Source: a virus | DNA length: 64,000 nt | Virus record (IMG/VR): IMGVR_UViG_3300020438_000014 | Span: 29,679 to 93,678 of that record | Strand: one strand, 5' to 3' | Shown: positions 45,853 through 58,000 of the stretch, one piece after another | Position numbering within the stretch: the stretch's first letter is position 1 | Layout: each line of letters opens with the position of its first letter | Translations under genes and position numbers: made by a program | Notes under the pieces: model-generated | What the model was told of the DNA's origin: nothing | Database searches by the model: none | What the model saw: only the letters and a program-made list of their open reading frames with translations

Positions 45853-47172
45853 ATGTCAAAATCAAGATCCAGCTTTAACAAACTTCTTCTCAGCTTATCT
45901 CCTGATGCTATGATAGAGTTATTCGAGATAGACTTTAGTAATATTCAGGCCGATTTTAGTATGCTTGCTGATATTGTTGGCGCAAATATAGGGGCCGATT
46001 CTGTTTACAGATTTTGTGCTATGAAAAATTCTTCAAACCCTATATATTGGCAGGGAAACGGATATCAGCCTATGCCTATAGAGGCAGAAGGATTTGAGCA
46101 ACAAGGAGACGGAAGACTTCCAAGGCCAAGATTAACTCTTGCGAACCCTGACGGGCTATTTTCGAAAATAGTTCACTCTAATCACGACTTTTCTAACGCT
46201 AAAATAACAAGAAAAAGAACTTTTATGAGATTTCTTGATGACGACAACTTTATTGATCCTGGAACCTCCAACGAGGCGGGAAAAAACCCTTTTGGGGAGG
46301 CCGATCCAGATTCTCATTATCCTGATGACGTTTATTTTATAAACAAAAAAATTACAGAAAATAGCCAGGTAATTCAATTTGAGTTGGTCTCCGCTTTAGA
46401 GCTGCAGGGGGCAGAAATTCCTGCTAGAATAGTTATGCCAAATTATTGTAATTGGGTATATAGGTGTTCTATTGGGTGTGGTTATAAGGGTCTGCCTATC
46501 GAAAATTCTTCCGGCAAATCTTTAATATCAAACTTTCACGAAACTAATGATCCATCTGCATTTTCGAGAGATCCAGGCAGCGTTAATCCAGACAGCTATC
46601 CCAGGGGAATTGAGGACATCCCCGAGTGGACCAGACTTGGGGTAGACGGAAGCGAGTCAGATTTAAAGGGATATGATTTGGGCGATGTAGTTAAGATAAC
46701 TCCTAATAATGCAACGAATCCTTATCAGTCAACTCCCTCTGTTTATGCCTGCATTAAAAAACATGTTTTTGCGAAAGATCATCATCCTTTTTTTGACAGG
46801 GGATTTTGGTCAAAAGACGAATGCAATAAAACTCTTGATGCTTGCAAGAAAAGATTCTCAAACCCTGAAGTTAGCGATACAAGAAGAGATTTTGCTGCGT
46901 ACGTAGATAATAACTCTGATCTTTTGAACGCGTTTAATGCCGGAAATCCAACGGGCCCTCCGTCTGACGCAAGAACGTATTCTAATAAAGCTGACTGGGG
47001 AGAGGTCCACTGGGAAACTTATGGAAAAATGGAATATACATCTGGTCAAAGGTCTGTCTCTCCACCCATGATAGACGTTGATATATCAAGTTTTAATCTT
47101 CATAAAATTTCTAGTAAACAGGGTCTTAGATTCGGAGGTTTTCCTGGAACAGATAAATATCAGCCCGAATAG
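45853..47172 (+). CDS. minor tail protein L (lambda gpL-like)
   Basis: IELFEID, I.WQG..Y.P.PIEA.GF, PRP.L, R.RT..RFLD..NF, C.W.YR...C.Y.G, D.C.K....C..RF, FGGFPG. Confidence 0.92.
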   Translation: MSKSRSSFNKLLLSLSPDAMIELFEIDFSNIQADFSMLADIVGANIGADSVYRFCAMKNSSNPIYWQGNGYQPMPIEAEGFEQQGDGRLPRPRLTLANPDGLFSKIVHSNHDFSNAKITRKRTFMRFLDDDNFIDPGTSNEAGKNPFGEADPDSHYPDDVYFINKKITENSQVIQFELVSALELQGAEIPARIVMPNYCNWVYRCSIGCGYKGLPIENSSGKSLISNFHETNDPSAFSRDPGSVNPDSYPRGIEDIPEWTRLGVDGSESDLKGYDLGDVVKITPNNATNPYQSTPSVYACIKKHVFAKDHHPFFDRGFWSKDECNKTLDACKKRFSNPEVSDTRRDFAAYVDNNSDLLNAFNAGNPTGPPSDARTYSNKADWGEVHWETYGKMEYTSGQRSVSPPMIDVDISSFNLHKISSKQGLRFGGFPGTDKYQPE

Positions 47173-47512
47173 TAGCTTTTGCCCTATTTCTGAAAACGAA
47201 CTTGCAAGAGCAAGAGAATATTCTATTTCAAGGCCTGAGCAGGAAACTTGCGGGGTATTTTGTTCAAAAGAAAATGAATTGTTTTTTATTGCTTGTGAAA
47301 ATAAAAGCCTTCATTCTCCTTATCATTTTAATATGGATGTAAAGTTTTTAATAGATAATGATGTTCGGTATATTTATCACTCTCATGTAGGAAGTCATGC
47401 GCCTTATCCTTCTAAACTAGATAGGCTTGTTTGTGAAGAACTGTACATTCCTTTTATTATTTATAGTTTGGATAGAGATAGTTTTTTTGTATATGATAAT
47501 ATAAGTGTATAA
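47078..47512 (+). CDS. tail assembly protein K-like (JAB/MPN domain only; start uncertain)
   Basis: P.QETCG, YHSH....PS..D JAMM motif; lies between L and I/J. Confidence 0.8.
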   Translation: MIYQVLIFIKFLVNRVLDSEVFLEQINISPNSSFCPISENELARAREYSISRPEQETCGVFCSKENELFFIACENKSLHSPYHFNMDVKFLIDNDVRYIYHSHVGSHAPYPSKLDRLVCEELYIPFIIYSLDRDSFFVYDNISV

Positions 47513-47532
47513 GTAAGCAGGAATAAGGTATA

Positions 47533-50500
47533 GTGAAAACAGTATATTTATATGGTAAGCTTGGCAAGCGTTTTGGTAAGAAGTGGAATCTGTCTGTAGG
47601 CTCCACATCTGAAGCCTTCGCTGCAATAGAAGCTAATTCTGAGGGGTTTCTTAGTTACTTAATAAATAGTCAGAAAAAGGGGGTGGATTACTGCGTTTTA
47701 AATAAAAACCCACTTTCATTAAAAACCAAAAGGGACTTTGAGTCAGCGCAGATTTTGCCTGAGCAAGTAACTGTTCATCAGTCGAGCAAAGAAATTCACA
47801 TACTCGCTGCGCCTCAAGGTGGTGTAGTTTTTGTACCCGCGATGTTTGTTGGGGGCGTAGTCAGTGGAGGGTTAACTTTATTCGGAAAAATAGTTGTAGC
47901 TCTTGCAGTAAGTTTTGTAGTTGGGGCTATAATGAACGCATTATTTAAGCCCCCAAAAAGAGGAGAGCCAACTACCACTAAATCTTTCTTGATGCGAGGA
48001 TCCGCAAACAGAACATCTCAAGGGGTTGCTGTGCCTTTAGGATATGGAACTTTAAAAATTGGATCCACTAATATCTCTAAGGATAGAATTGTGCGCAGAT
48101 TAAAGCAGAAAAATAATAATAACTCTAATAAAATTTTAGAGTCCTATTCTTCTATAGAATACTTAGAGCTGTTGTGCGAAGGGCCTATAGAGGGTTTGGT
48201 TTCCCAGAACGGAGAAAGTCTTTTCTCAGACGGAGATTTAAGAGAAGCAATATATTTAAATAACGTACCCATAAAAAACCCTCCTTCATCGGTAAACAGT
48301 TCTGGAGAAAGAGATGGGTCTTTAAATTATGTACTAAATGAAGAAGGAGACCTTCCCGAAGCTCAATTAGGAGAAGAGGATTCTGGTAAAATATTGTGTT
48401 CTCAAACTGGAATGGGTATAGACTATGGGAGTCTTATTTTTGGGGCAGGGCCATATGTCGATAACCCCGACAAGGCATCTCATAGAACAAGTTTTAGTTC
48501 TGCAGTTAGGAATAATGCGAAAATTATAACTCACTGCGTTATAAACCCAGATGTAACTAGAACCAGATTATCTTTAGCTTCAAAACTTACTTATCAAGAT
48601 GACAAGGGGAATACTCATCACCAAGAAGTGAGGTTCGCTATTCATGTTCTTAGGGACAACAAAGAATATAATGTGCTAGATAGTAAGTCTGGCTGTACGG
48701 TAACAAAAAATGAAACGAGTATGAATCAAGCTATTCCTCCTGAGTCAAGCGATGGATTCGGCCTAATGAGAATAGGTAGTGGCGCTTTTGTGGTAAGAGG
48801 TTTATGCAGCGACGATTATTCTTTTGATGTCGTTATTGATTTCAAAAAACCCAAAGCTAGCTCAAAGGGAGTGACGTTTAAAATAGTCAAGCTCACAAAC
48901 GAACTAGATCCCAGTACAAAAGGGGGCAATCTTGGAGGTCTTTCTACAAGAAGAGAGCTTCGAATAGGCGCCGCTACGGATTATGTTGTAGAGGATCTTC
49001 TTTACCCTCATAGTGCCGTAGCAAAAATAAGATTTGATAGTAAAAATTTTAGCGATGTGCCAAGCAGGTCATATTTATGTAAAATGAAACGGGTTTTGGT
49101 TCCTAGTAATTATAATCCTCATACAAGAAAATGTGATGGGCCTTGGAATGGGCTTTTTAGAGGCCAAATTGACTCAACTATGTCTGTTCATTCCATACCC
49201 GACTCGGAGAAAGTGTGGACAGATAATCCTGCTTGGGTTTATTATGATCTTTTGAGTAATGCGAGATTTGGGTTATCTAAATTTGGGATGAGCGAAGAAA
49301 ATATCGATAAATGGCAGCTATATAAAATATCTAAATACTGTGATGAACTTGTAGAAACTGGATATCCTATAGAAACTCAAGACGGAGTTCCTAGGTCTTT
49401 TACTACAGACAATAAGGTTGATGGGGATGGAAATATATCTCTGGTTCTAACAAATAGTCAATACGTTCCTTTAGATAGGGGAAATCCTACTTCGGTAAAT
49501 TGGACTCTTAGCTCTGACGGTATCGGGTCAAGCCTATTTGAGGAAGAGTTTGGTAAAAATATATCCTTTAGGGGGAAAAAAATGGCAATTTTTATAGATG
49601 CAAACTCCTCGGGAAATTTAGATGTTAAAATTGAGAGAGCAACTTTTAGAAAAGAAGAGGTTATTCTTGAGGAAAGAGCTATAGTGCATTCTGACCCTTC
49701 TACAAAAACAATCGTAATAAGTGGAGGCCCTTTAGAGGCGGAGTTTAACAGTCAAGTTGTTGGGTCCTGCGCTGCTCAAATAAACCATAGCGTAGTTGAA
49801 CCTAGGTTTACGGCCAATGCATATGTTACCGATAAAATGAACGCCTTAAACCTTGTCAATAACTTTGCGTCTGTTTTCAGGGGCATAACTACTTATTATA
49901 ATGGAAAAATTACTGCAACACAAGACTCTTTTAAGAATCCATTAGCTCTATTTACAAATTCAAACGTCAGTGTTGATGGTTTTTCTTATTCGGGGATAAG
50001 TAAAGATCAAAAAATCACCACTTCTCTTGTTAGGTATAATAATAAAGATAATGGTTTTAAGGCTGATTTAGTTGCAGAAGAAGATCCTGAGGCCGCTCAA
50101 AAGTTTGGATATAAGGAAGAAGAAACTATGGGGTTTGGTATAAGTTCCGAGGCACAAGCAAGAAGGCTGGCAAAATGGATGCTGTTTACCACTCAAGTAG
50201 AAGTCGAAACTGTAAATTTTAAAACTGGAATAGAGGGGGGTTATTTGTTTCCTGGGGCTGTATTTGAAGTTTCTGATGAATCAAGAACTGGATCGATGAA
50301 GAGCGGAAGAATTTTGGATATAGGCTCAAAATTAACATACAATAATGTTGAGCGTATTAGGCCGTGGCTTTTATTAGATAAAAATTTAATTAAAGAGCCA
50401 TTTAAAAATACCCCAGAAATAACTGTTTGCGTTGGAATGTCTGACTCTGACGTTGATAAGGTCGAGGCTCGAGCTCCTTTTGAAAGAAGTTCTGAGGATC

Positions 50501-52062
50501 AAGATGCAGAAATTAGTTCTGTTTTTGCTCCTCAGATTTTAAGGTTTAGGTGTGTGTTAGAAGTTGACTCAAGGGTATTTGTTCAAGGTCCTCAGGGTCA
50601 AGCTATTGTTGCTACTGGCCTAGAGCTTAAAGTTCCTTTTGAGCTAGACATAAAAGAAAACAGGTTCGAGATATTCAATCACGATTTTGAAGACGGCGAT
50701 ATAATAGAGTTCGAAACAGAGGGGCTTCTTCCTGCGGGACTTGAGAGAAAAGTTAAGTATACAATTTCAGATACCACCAAGCATACTTTTAAAATAAAAA
50801 ACGTCTCAACTCAACAAAATCCAACTGTGGCTGAAGTAGAAATCGGAAACCCTGGAGAAGATAGGCTTGGTAACGAAGGTGGGCATCATTTTATTATTGC
50901 AGATCAACAAAAGACTCTTGACGCCGTTGATAAAATAAGTATCGGCTCTACTTGGGCTATGAGGGGAAGGGTTGCTGGTAGAGGGTCTGTTCCTTTCGCT
51001 CCGAGTGAAACAATTAAGCAGTCTTTAGGTATTGAGGGGGAATTGGGGCTTGGAAACTGGGTTAATTCTTCTTTTCTCGGTCCAATTATGATGCACGAAA
51101 GCGATTATTGTTATTCTCCGAGTATGGGGTGGATATATATTAACAAAACGCAGACTGATCAAACTTGGATATGGATTAAAAATATAGGCGAATGGGTATT
51201 TGTTCCTAAAAAAAGCGATCTACCTGGAAACCCTAGTATACGGAGATGGTGGTATATAAATAATTTGTCTCAATGGTTGTATATTTTTTACGAGGATGGT
51301 TCTCCCACTACGGGCTTTTTATATAGCGATAATCCCGTAAATTCTGGAGAAAATTTAGTAATAGGAGAATATTCAACTATCGCAACAAGCAAGGGGGTGT
51401 CTCCTTCTGGAAATAAATTTGTCTTTGCGCCCGGAATGGTTGAGTCTCAAGAGCCTGTTCCTGATTCTCCGGCTCAACCAAATTTTGTGCAAGAGATGAG
51501 TGAGCAAGAAAATTTTGTTCAAGTTGACGTTATTTTAATTGAGTCTGTTAGTGCTGACAGATCTGCACAAAAGAAAAAATGTATAAGAATAACGCTGAAC
51601 GACACTAGAGAAAAGAATCTTAGAGTTAGCGACGGTCAGTTGGTAGCTCTAACTCAAACCAGCAGTCAAGGTTTTATTGGTATTGACCGCCCAGATCTTT
51701 CTGGCAATAATTATTGGAAGCTTTTAAAAATTAATGATTTTGAATTTGAACTTTTAAATTCGTCTTCTGCTGCAGATCTTGTTGGTAACAATACTTATAC
51801 TTCGGGTAAAATTTCTTTTCTCAGTAATGATATTGAGAGTTTCTCCGGAAACATGGATTCGAAATTATATAAAACCATGTCAACTAAAGAAAATGGAGAT
51901 GGTACATTTGAGGTTACTGGTTTAGAATATGTTTCTGCAAAATTTGGGGCTATAGATAAGATGGATAAGGTATTAAGACCAAGAGTTCCAATTCCTCCTC
52001 AGGCAAGCATGGATATTCCAGAAGCTCCTACCGATTTAATTTTAACCGATTTAACTGTATAA
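47533..52062 (+). CDS. fused tail assembly protein I / host-specificity protein J
   Basis: N-terminal V.LYG.LG.RFG...EA..A (gpI) and VP.GYG...GS; then LLCEGPIEGL, YP.SA, W.G.F, WTDNPAW..YDLL...RFG, IDKW.LY....YCDE.V, EPRF, G..S..QA.R...W (gpJ). Confidence 0.92.
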   Translation: MKTVYLYGKLGKRFGKKWNLSVGSTSEAFAAIEANSEGFLSYLINSQKKGVDYCVLNKNPLSLKTKRDFESAQILPEQVTVHQSSKEIHILAAPQGGVVFVPAMFVGGVVSGGLTLFGKIVVALAVSFVVGAIMNALFKPPKRGEPTTTKSFLMRGSANRTSQGVAVPLGYGTLKIGSTNISKDRIVRRLKQKNNNNSNKILESYSSIEYLELLCEGPIEGLVSQNGESLFSDGDLREAIYLNNVPIKNPPSSVNSSGERDGSLNYVLNEEGDLPEAQLGEEDSGKILCSQTGMGIDYGSLIFGAGPYVDNPDKASHRTSFSSAVRNNAKIITHCVINPDVTRTRLSLASKLTYQDDKGNTHHQEVRFAIHVLRDNKEYNVLDSKSGCTVTKNETSMNQAIPPESSDGFGLMRIGSGAFVVRGLCSDDYSFDVVIDFKKPKASSKGVTFKIVKLTNELDPSTKGGNLGGLSTRRELRIGAATDYVVEDLLYPHSAVAKIRFDSKNFSDVPSRSYLCKMKRVLVPSNYNPHTRKCDGPWNGLFRGQIDSTMSVHSIPDSEKVWTDNPAWVYYDLLSNARFGLSKFGMSEENIDKWQLYKISKYCDELVETGYPIETQDGVPRSFTTDNKVDGDGNISLVLTNSQYVPLDRGNPTSVNWTLSSDGIGSSLFEEEFGKNISFRGKKMAIFIDANSSGNLDVKIERATFRKEEVILEERAIVHSDPSTKTIVISGGPLEAEFNSQVVGSCAAQINHSVVEPRFTANAYVTDKMNALNLVNNFASVFRGITTYYNGKITATQDSFKNPLALFTNSNVSVDGFSYSGISKDQKITTSLVRYNNKDNGFKADLVAEEDPEAAQKFGYKEEETMGFGISSEAQARRLAKWMLFTTQVEVETVNFKTGIEGGYLFPGAVFEVSDESRTGSMKSGRILDIGSKLTYNNVERIRPWLLLDKNLIKEPFKNTPEITVCVGMSDSDVDKVEARAPFERSSEDQDAEISSVFAPQILRFRCVLEVDSRVFVQGPQGQAIVATGLELKVPFELDIKENRFEIFNHDFEDGDIIEFETEGLLPAGLERKVKYTISDTTKHTFKIKNVSTQQNPTVAEVEIGNPGEDRLGNEGGHHFIIADQQKTLDAVDKISIGSTWAMRGRVAGRGSVPFAPSETIKQSLGIEGELGLGNWVNSSFLGPIMMHESDYCYSPSMGWIYINKTQTDQTWIWIKNIGEWVFVPKKSDLPGNPSIRRWWYINNLSQWLYIFYEDGSPTTGFLYSDNPVNSGENLVIGEYSTIATSKGVSPSGNKFVFAPGMVESQEPVPDSPAQPNFVQEMSEQENFVQVDVILIESVSADRSAQKKKCIRITLNDTREKNLRVSDGQLVALTQTSSQGFIGIDRPDLSGNNYWKLLKINDFEFELLNSSSAADLVGNNTYTSGKISFLSNDIESFSGNMDSKLYKTMSTKENGDGTFEVTGLEYVSAKFGAIDKMDKVLRPRVPIPPQASMDIPEAPTDLILTDLTV

Positions 52063-52068
52063 TATATT

Positions 52069-55000
52069 ATGCTCAATACGGCAATAGGTGTTCAATTCAA
52101 GGTAAATGATTTACAATCAAAATATGAAGTGGTTGGTTCTTCTGATAACTACTCATTTAATTATGAACTAGGTAAGGGTTCTGATCTGGTGGATTTTGAA
52201 GGAGATACAGCTCAAAAATCTGTTGGGTTAAGGGGTAATTATGGAGACTTTACAGTAAGGGTATTTGCTATTAGTGATATAGGGGTACGCTCGGCCTTTA
52301 TTCAATCTGGAATATCGGTATCTCCACCCGAGTTTGATGGAACATTTTCATTTGCAGATATTGAGATATCAAGCCTTCCAGGAGACGCATTGGTCGGCAG
52401 GGAGATAGAATTTACTCCAACTGATCAAGAAAATTTGCTGGCTGTAGATTCTGAATATACAGAAAGGAGCGTAGATATTCAATGGAAGCTATTTCCTCCT
52501 ATCGGTCACGCAAAAGAAGGTTCTGCCTTAGGTAACGAATTGTTGTCTGATTCGTTGTTATCTCACTTTTCTCTTCAAATAAGAAATACAGAAAACGGAG
52601 ATATTATCTCTCAATCACAATTAAATAACCCTTCGCATCAGGGGCTTCGGTCGTTATTAAATACCTCGGATGTGGGTGGGGTCATGCAGCAGTATACTGG
52701 ATTTTCATTTCAAATGTCTGAACTTGTTTTCGATGAATTAAATCTAAATAGAACTTTGTCTTTAGAGGTAGTTTCTCACGATGCTTTCGGCAAAACCGCA
52801 ACAGGTGTTATTACAGGCCATAATTACGTCCCCCGAATTGAAGATCTTTCTTACTCTTTGCATGGATCAAAGGTTGGGTTCGCTTGGTCTTATTCAGATA
52901 CGGATTTTGAAAACGTGAATTTTCGGTCGATATCTATTCCTTCTGATCAAGAAATTTATAACCCCAGAGATTTCGATGCAAGCTTGGATTACTATAATGA
53001 TCTGAATTCTGCAATAAGATGGTCAAAAAAAGTTCCCTCTTGGCAGGAAGGTCAATATTGTCGATATGAGGGGAATATATACGAATGTAAGGTTGCATAT
53101 AACCGCATGGATCAATTGTCTGCTAAGCCTTCTACTTCTCCCTCTTTGTGGTCTTTAGTTTTATCTAATTTTGATTTTGATTATAATGAGGAAACTACTA
53201 TTTCAAATAATCTTTCTTTTGATCATTTCTGGGGTAGAAAGTACTACTACTGTACTACTCCCGTAGATGGGTATGGTGAGGGCCCAAAATATAATGTTGT
53301 TGAAGATGGGGTGGAACTAGAAACAGAAGCTCTTTCTGATCTTCATGGGTTTGTGTCTGAGGTTAAGATTGATAATTTAAATTTTATAGAAAGAGAAGAT
53401 GATTTAATTTTTAGGTGGAACATAACCGACCAAGATAATAATCTGGTAGATTTAAATCAATACAAGTTCTTGGTCTCTGCAAATGACTCTCCCGAAGTAC
53501 TTGGTATTAGCGGTTCTTTATTTGACTCGGATACCAACCTTTTTCTCACTGGCATAACAGAGGGTTTAAATTCAAGAAGTTCTATAACTGACGAAAATGG
53601 AGACGTCGTGATTGTTGATGATTTACCTGGAACTAAGGTGTTCGAGAGTTTTGAATACACTAGGGAAATAAACAATCAGTTGTATTCGACTGGAGGATTT
53701 CCTTCTTCTGCACAAAATTTTTCAAGAGGGAATTCTTATGGTGTTGGCGACCAAGTTATTTTTGAAAATACTTTATTCTCTTCAAAAGACACTGTTCCTA
53801 AAACTGTATTACCCGGGTATGAGCAGTGGAGCCATTCTGGAACTTATGTTTATGGATCTGCTACAGATTTATCGCTTAACTCTTTGGTGGATTATAATGA
53901 TGAAATTTATGTTACAAACGGGTCTTCTCCTGGTCAGTTGATAGGTGCCGAGGCCGACAACGTTGTCGGTGTTTTTGATTTTGACAAGACATATTCTGTG
54001 GGAGACATGGTGATTGCTCCAGTTAATCCTGATATAGGGAAATATGATTCTTCTAATAATTATATAAAGGGGGATTACGTGATATACTCTAATTCTGCTG
54101 GGTCTTATATATATCATTGTATTGAAGATAATGGGCCTTTGAGTAGTGTTGTTTCTCCTGGCTCGAGCTTATCTCACTGGTTTGCTGTAGAAATATTTGA
54201 AGAAATTGATTGTCAAATATATAAGGCTCTACAAGCATCCACGAATAAATCTCCTAGCATAAACTCTAGCGAGTGGCAGATTCAAACCCCAGAAACATCA
54301 AGTGAATACACAAAGCTTTATGAAAAATATTCGTTGGCTGTAGATAATTGGTCGGTGAGTCAGTTTTATGTTGCAGGAGATTTAGTTTTGTATGGCAATG
54401 ACATATTTAGGGCTAAGTTAGATAATGGCAGATATAGTCCCGAAGTTCCAAGTAGCTCGAGCGCTTACTGGGACGAAAAAGGCGAAGGGGGTTATGATAT
54501 ATTTACCGCTCATCAGGCGGGAGACCTAAGGTATTATAATGGAGCAGTATATAAGTGTCTTCAAAATAATCCAGACGCGTCACCGATAGATAATTTTTTG
54601 GGAGCAGGAGACCTAATTCAATCGAACTATTCAGACTCTCATTGGCTTCCATTTTGGGAAGAAAATACAGGTTATGATGATATACCTTTTGGTCATGTAG
54701 GCATCCCCGAGAGCGGCAAAAGAAGTGTGGGGATAGAGCTAGGTATTCTTGCCCCTGACGGGTCTATTTTAAGTTCTCGCTCTTTGGTTGGTTTTAATTT
54801 AGAACCAAGCATATTGGCAAATGGATTTAAGGTAGATAGTTTAAAAAAAGTTACTTCTACAGAATTTAATTTTAGATACGCAAACGAGGCTAGAGAAAAA
54901 GTTACAAAACTTCAGATGTATAGGTCTAGCGATCCAGATTTTAGTATTCTTGATGCTGACGGTTTGCCTGGCGCGGGCTCTGATAATTTTATTTCTGAAA

Positions 55001-58000
55001 TACTGGGAGGAGCAGATCAAACGTTTGGAGATAGCATCAATTCTATTAAGGATTTTCCTCCGATTCCTTACACTTATGAAAATAAAGAACCTGACTCAAG
55101 GGGAGACGGCGTTACTGGTTATTACTATAAACTTTTGCCTTTTGACGACTTTGGAAGCGGAGATATTTTTACAATAAGAGACAATGCTGGAGACCCTGAA
55201 AGGGTTTTGATTTATCCGTTTCATTATAGTAATAGTAATCCAGATGGATTTATGGGTCCGGTTTTTGGAAAAACTGTAGACGCTATACCTGGGCCTGTTG
55301 AGGGCTTTCAGGGCGATACTGCATTTGTAAACTATTTTCTTGATTGGGAGATGCCAAGAAGTGAATTTCTTGAAGGATCTGGAACGCTATTAAGTTTGCC
55401 GAATGACATAAGCCATTATGAAATTTGGGAATCACAGGATAACTTTCTTTATTTTGGTGCCGAAAATAAATTTCTAAAAGAAGAGGAAAATACTAGCGGA
55501 TATAGAAAAATAACTGGAGATTTAAATAGCATATCTCATGCAATTCCGATAGAAGAGCTTGATCCTGCAAGCGGAATAACAAACGCTCTACATGTTCTTG
55601 ATTCTTCTGCTCTTGGGCCAAAGACGAGTATTACTCATAGGGGAGAAGTTAATGACAAAAGGTATTTTTGGGTAAGAGCTGTTGACCACGGTGGAAACAA
55701 GGGGCCATTTACTGGTAAGGCTGATATGTCTAATGCTAATAATATTGTGGAGGGACTGGAACTTGTACTTGGTCAGCAAAATCCCACTGACATAAGCGAC
55801 TTTGAGCAAAGCATTACTCAAACTTTTCCGACAACTCTCGCTCTCGTTCCAAATAATCCGTTCGAAAATCATAACCCTAATTCGAATTCAATATCTTGGG
55901 ATAGACATTATCTTTATATGGAAGGAACTGGCTGGGTAATTGGAGAAAACAATACCTCTGATCAATACGTATATTTCAAGCCAAGCGAAAATGGGCAAGA
56001 AATTACTGCAGAACAAAAATTAATTCTGGGGCTCGCAGAAGAAGGAGAAAAGGTTCCTCTGTTCGGCGGGGAAATTACTGCAAATCCAAGCTTTAATTCT
56101 TTTGATGTAGGTAATTATGTTGAAATATCTCAGGATGATATTGATCAAATTTTACCTTCTGACGACCCTTCTCATGATCCTCTGTTACACAGGGGGGTTT
56201 ATATAAAGCTAGATGGAAATATAACTTCAAATTTGGGCGGTTTAGAAAGAGAAATAAAAAGTTATAACCCAACGACCAAGGTCATACAAACTTATACTCC
56301 TTTTGTTGGTGCTCCTGCTGTTGGAGATGAATTCGAGATAGTCCGACACACTCCTCTTTCTCTGGATTTAGACAATCCTTTAAGAAATATTATATATACT
56401 GGAAACTATAATACCTCTTCTTATCACCCAGCAGGAGTTGGTTCTACCAATGATCCTACCGACAACCCAGGTAGCGACATGGACTCAAAAAAGCCAAATT
56501 TACTAGAAGATGGAGATAAAATTGTGGTAAGAAATTCCTTGGGAATTGCAGCTCCAATGTGGCACGCTTTTGCAAACGCTACTATAGGTACCGCAATGAT
56601 TGAGGATGCGGCGATAGATAATGCTAAAATTCATAATTTAACTGCCGATAAAATTAGATCTGCGGTAATCCAGGGACAAGATCTTCAGGTAGGAGGAGAT
56701 GGAAATAGCGGTCAAATAAGAAGTGTTGGTTTTGGGGTTCAACATCCTGGAGAAAAGGGTTTTGATGCTCATGCTCATGGCAGTGGTCCAGGGTTTGTAA
56801 TTAGCGGAAACGGAAGTTTTTATTTCAAGGGAAAAGATAAGCCTAATGATCCTGGGGGTAGGCTTTTCTTTGAGGACGGGCAGTTAACTCTTGAGGGAAA
56901 GTTAAGACAAACTGACGGTAAGGAATATACATTTGTAGATTTAGATGCTTCGCCCGATTCTTTCTTTTATACTGAATTGTCTGATGGAACATATACTCCT
57001 GACGACACTAATGATGTATGTGATATAAGGGCAACTTTTCAAAATAGTTTTATTCAGGCAGATGAAGTTAGGTTTAGGGTTAGTAATCCTAATAATGGAT
57101 ATGAATTTATTAAATATAGCGATTTTGATAATGATCTTAATTCTGCGACATATGGTAAATACGATATAAGCGGATTTACATATGATCCATCTTCAATAAA
57201 TTTTGTAGATGGCGAACCCAAGGTTGCTACTGCGCAATTCAAAGTAGATGGCGGATTTGACAGTATGATTAATACTGTTGATCCGCAGCTTACAACAGTT
57301 ATTGTTTCTGCATCAGGAGTAAATACTTCAACTGAAAGATCAATTCCAATTAATTTTGTAGCAGATGGAGCGCCTGCTGTATATGTAGAGCTGACCACAA
57401 GCCAACAAGTTTTTGAATACGATGCAGATAAAGTATTAATTTCATCAACAACTAATCCAACATTAACTGCCACAGCCTTTAATACAGATGGCGTAGATAT
57501 AAAGTATCACTTTAAGAATTCAGGTGGACAGACTCTTCAAAATACAGACAATAATGAATTCCTGGTGCCGAGCCTAAGCTCAATTGCTGAAAATTTTAGT
57601 GATATGCCAATTACTTTTTCTGTAGACATATATGCAGAAGATGATCCCAGCGATATATTGGCGTCTGACCGTATTACATTTTTTGGAACGCACCCAGGTA
57701 AAGATTCGTATACCGTTTTTCTAACAAATGAAAATCATACATATCCTGCAAATGAAGTTGGAGATGTTAGTAGTGTCGATCTTGCTGGTGGTAAAACTCA
57801 AGTTAGATTTTTTAGGGGAACCGAAGAATATAGCTATGATTCGGCTGGTGATAAAACTTTTAGTCTTGATGGTAGTATAATTTCTAGCCCATCAAGTTCT
57901 GTGACTGCAAAAACTTCAACAGAAACAGTAGGTAATCTTACAAAGCTTTTTGTTGAAATTGATACTTATCCTGACGGGGAGAATGAAGGAACTTTTAAAA

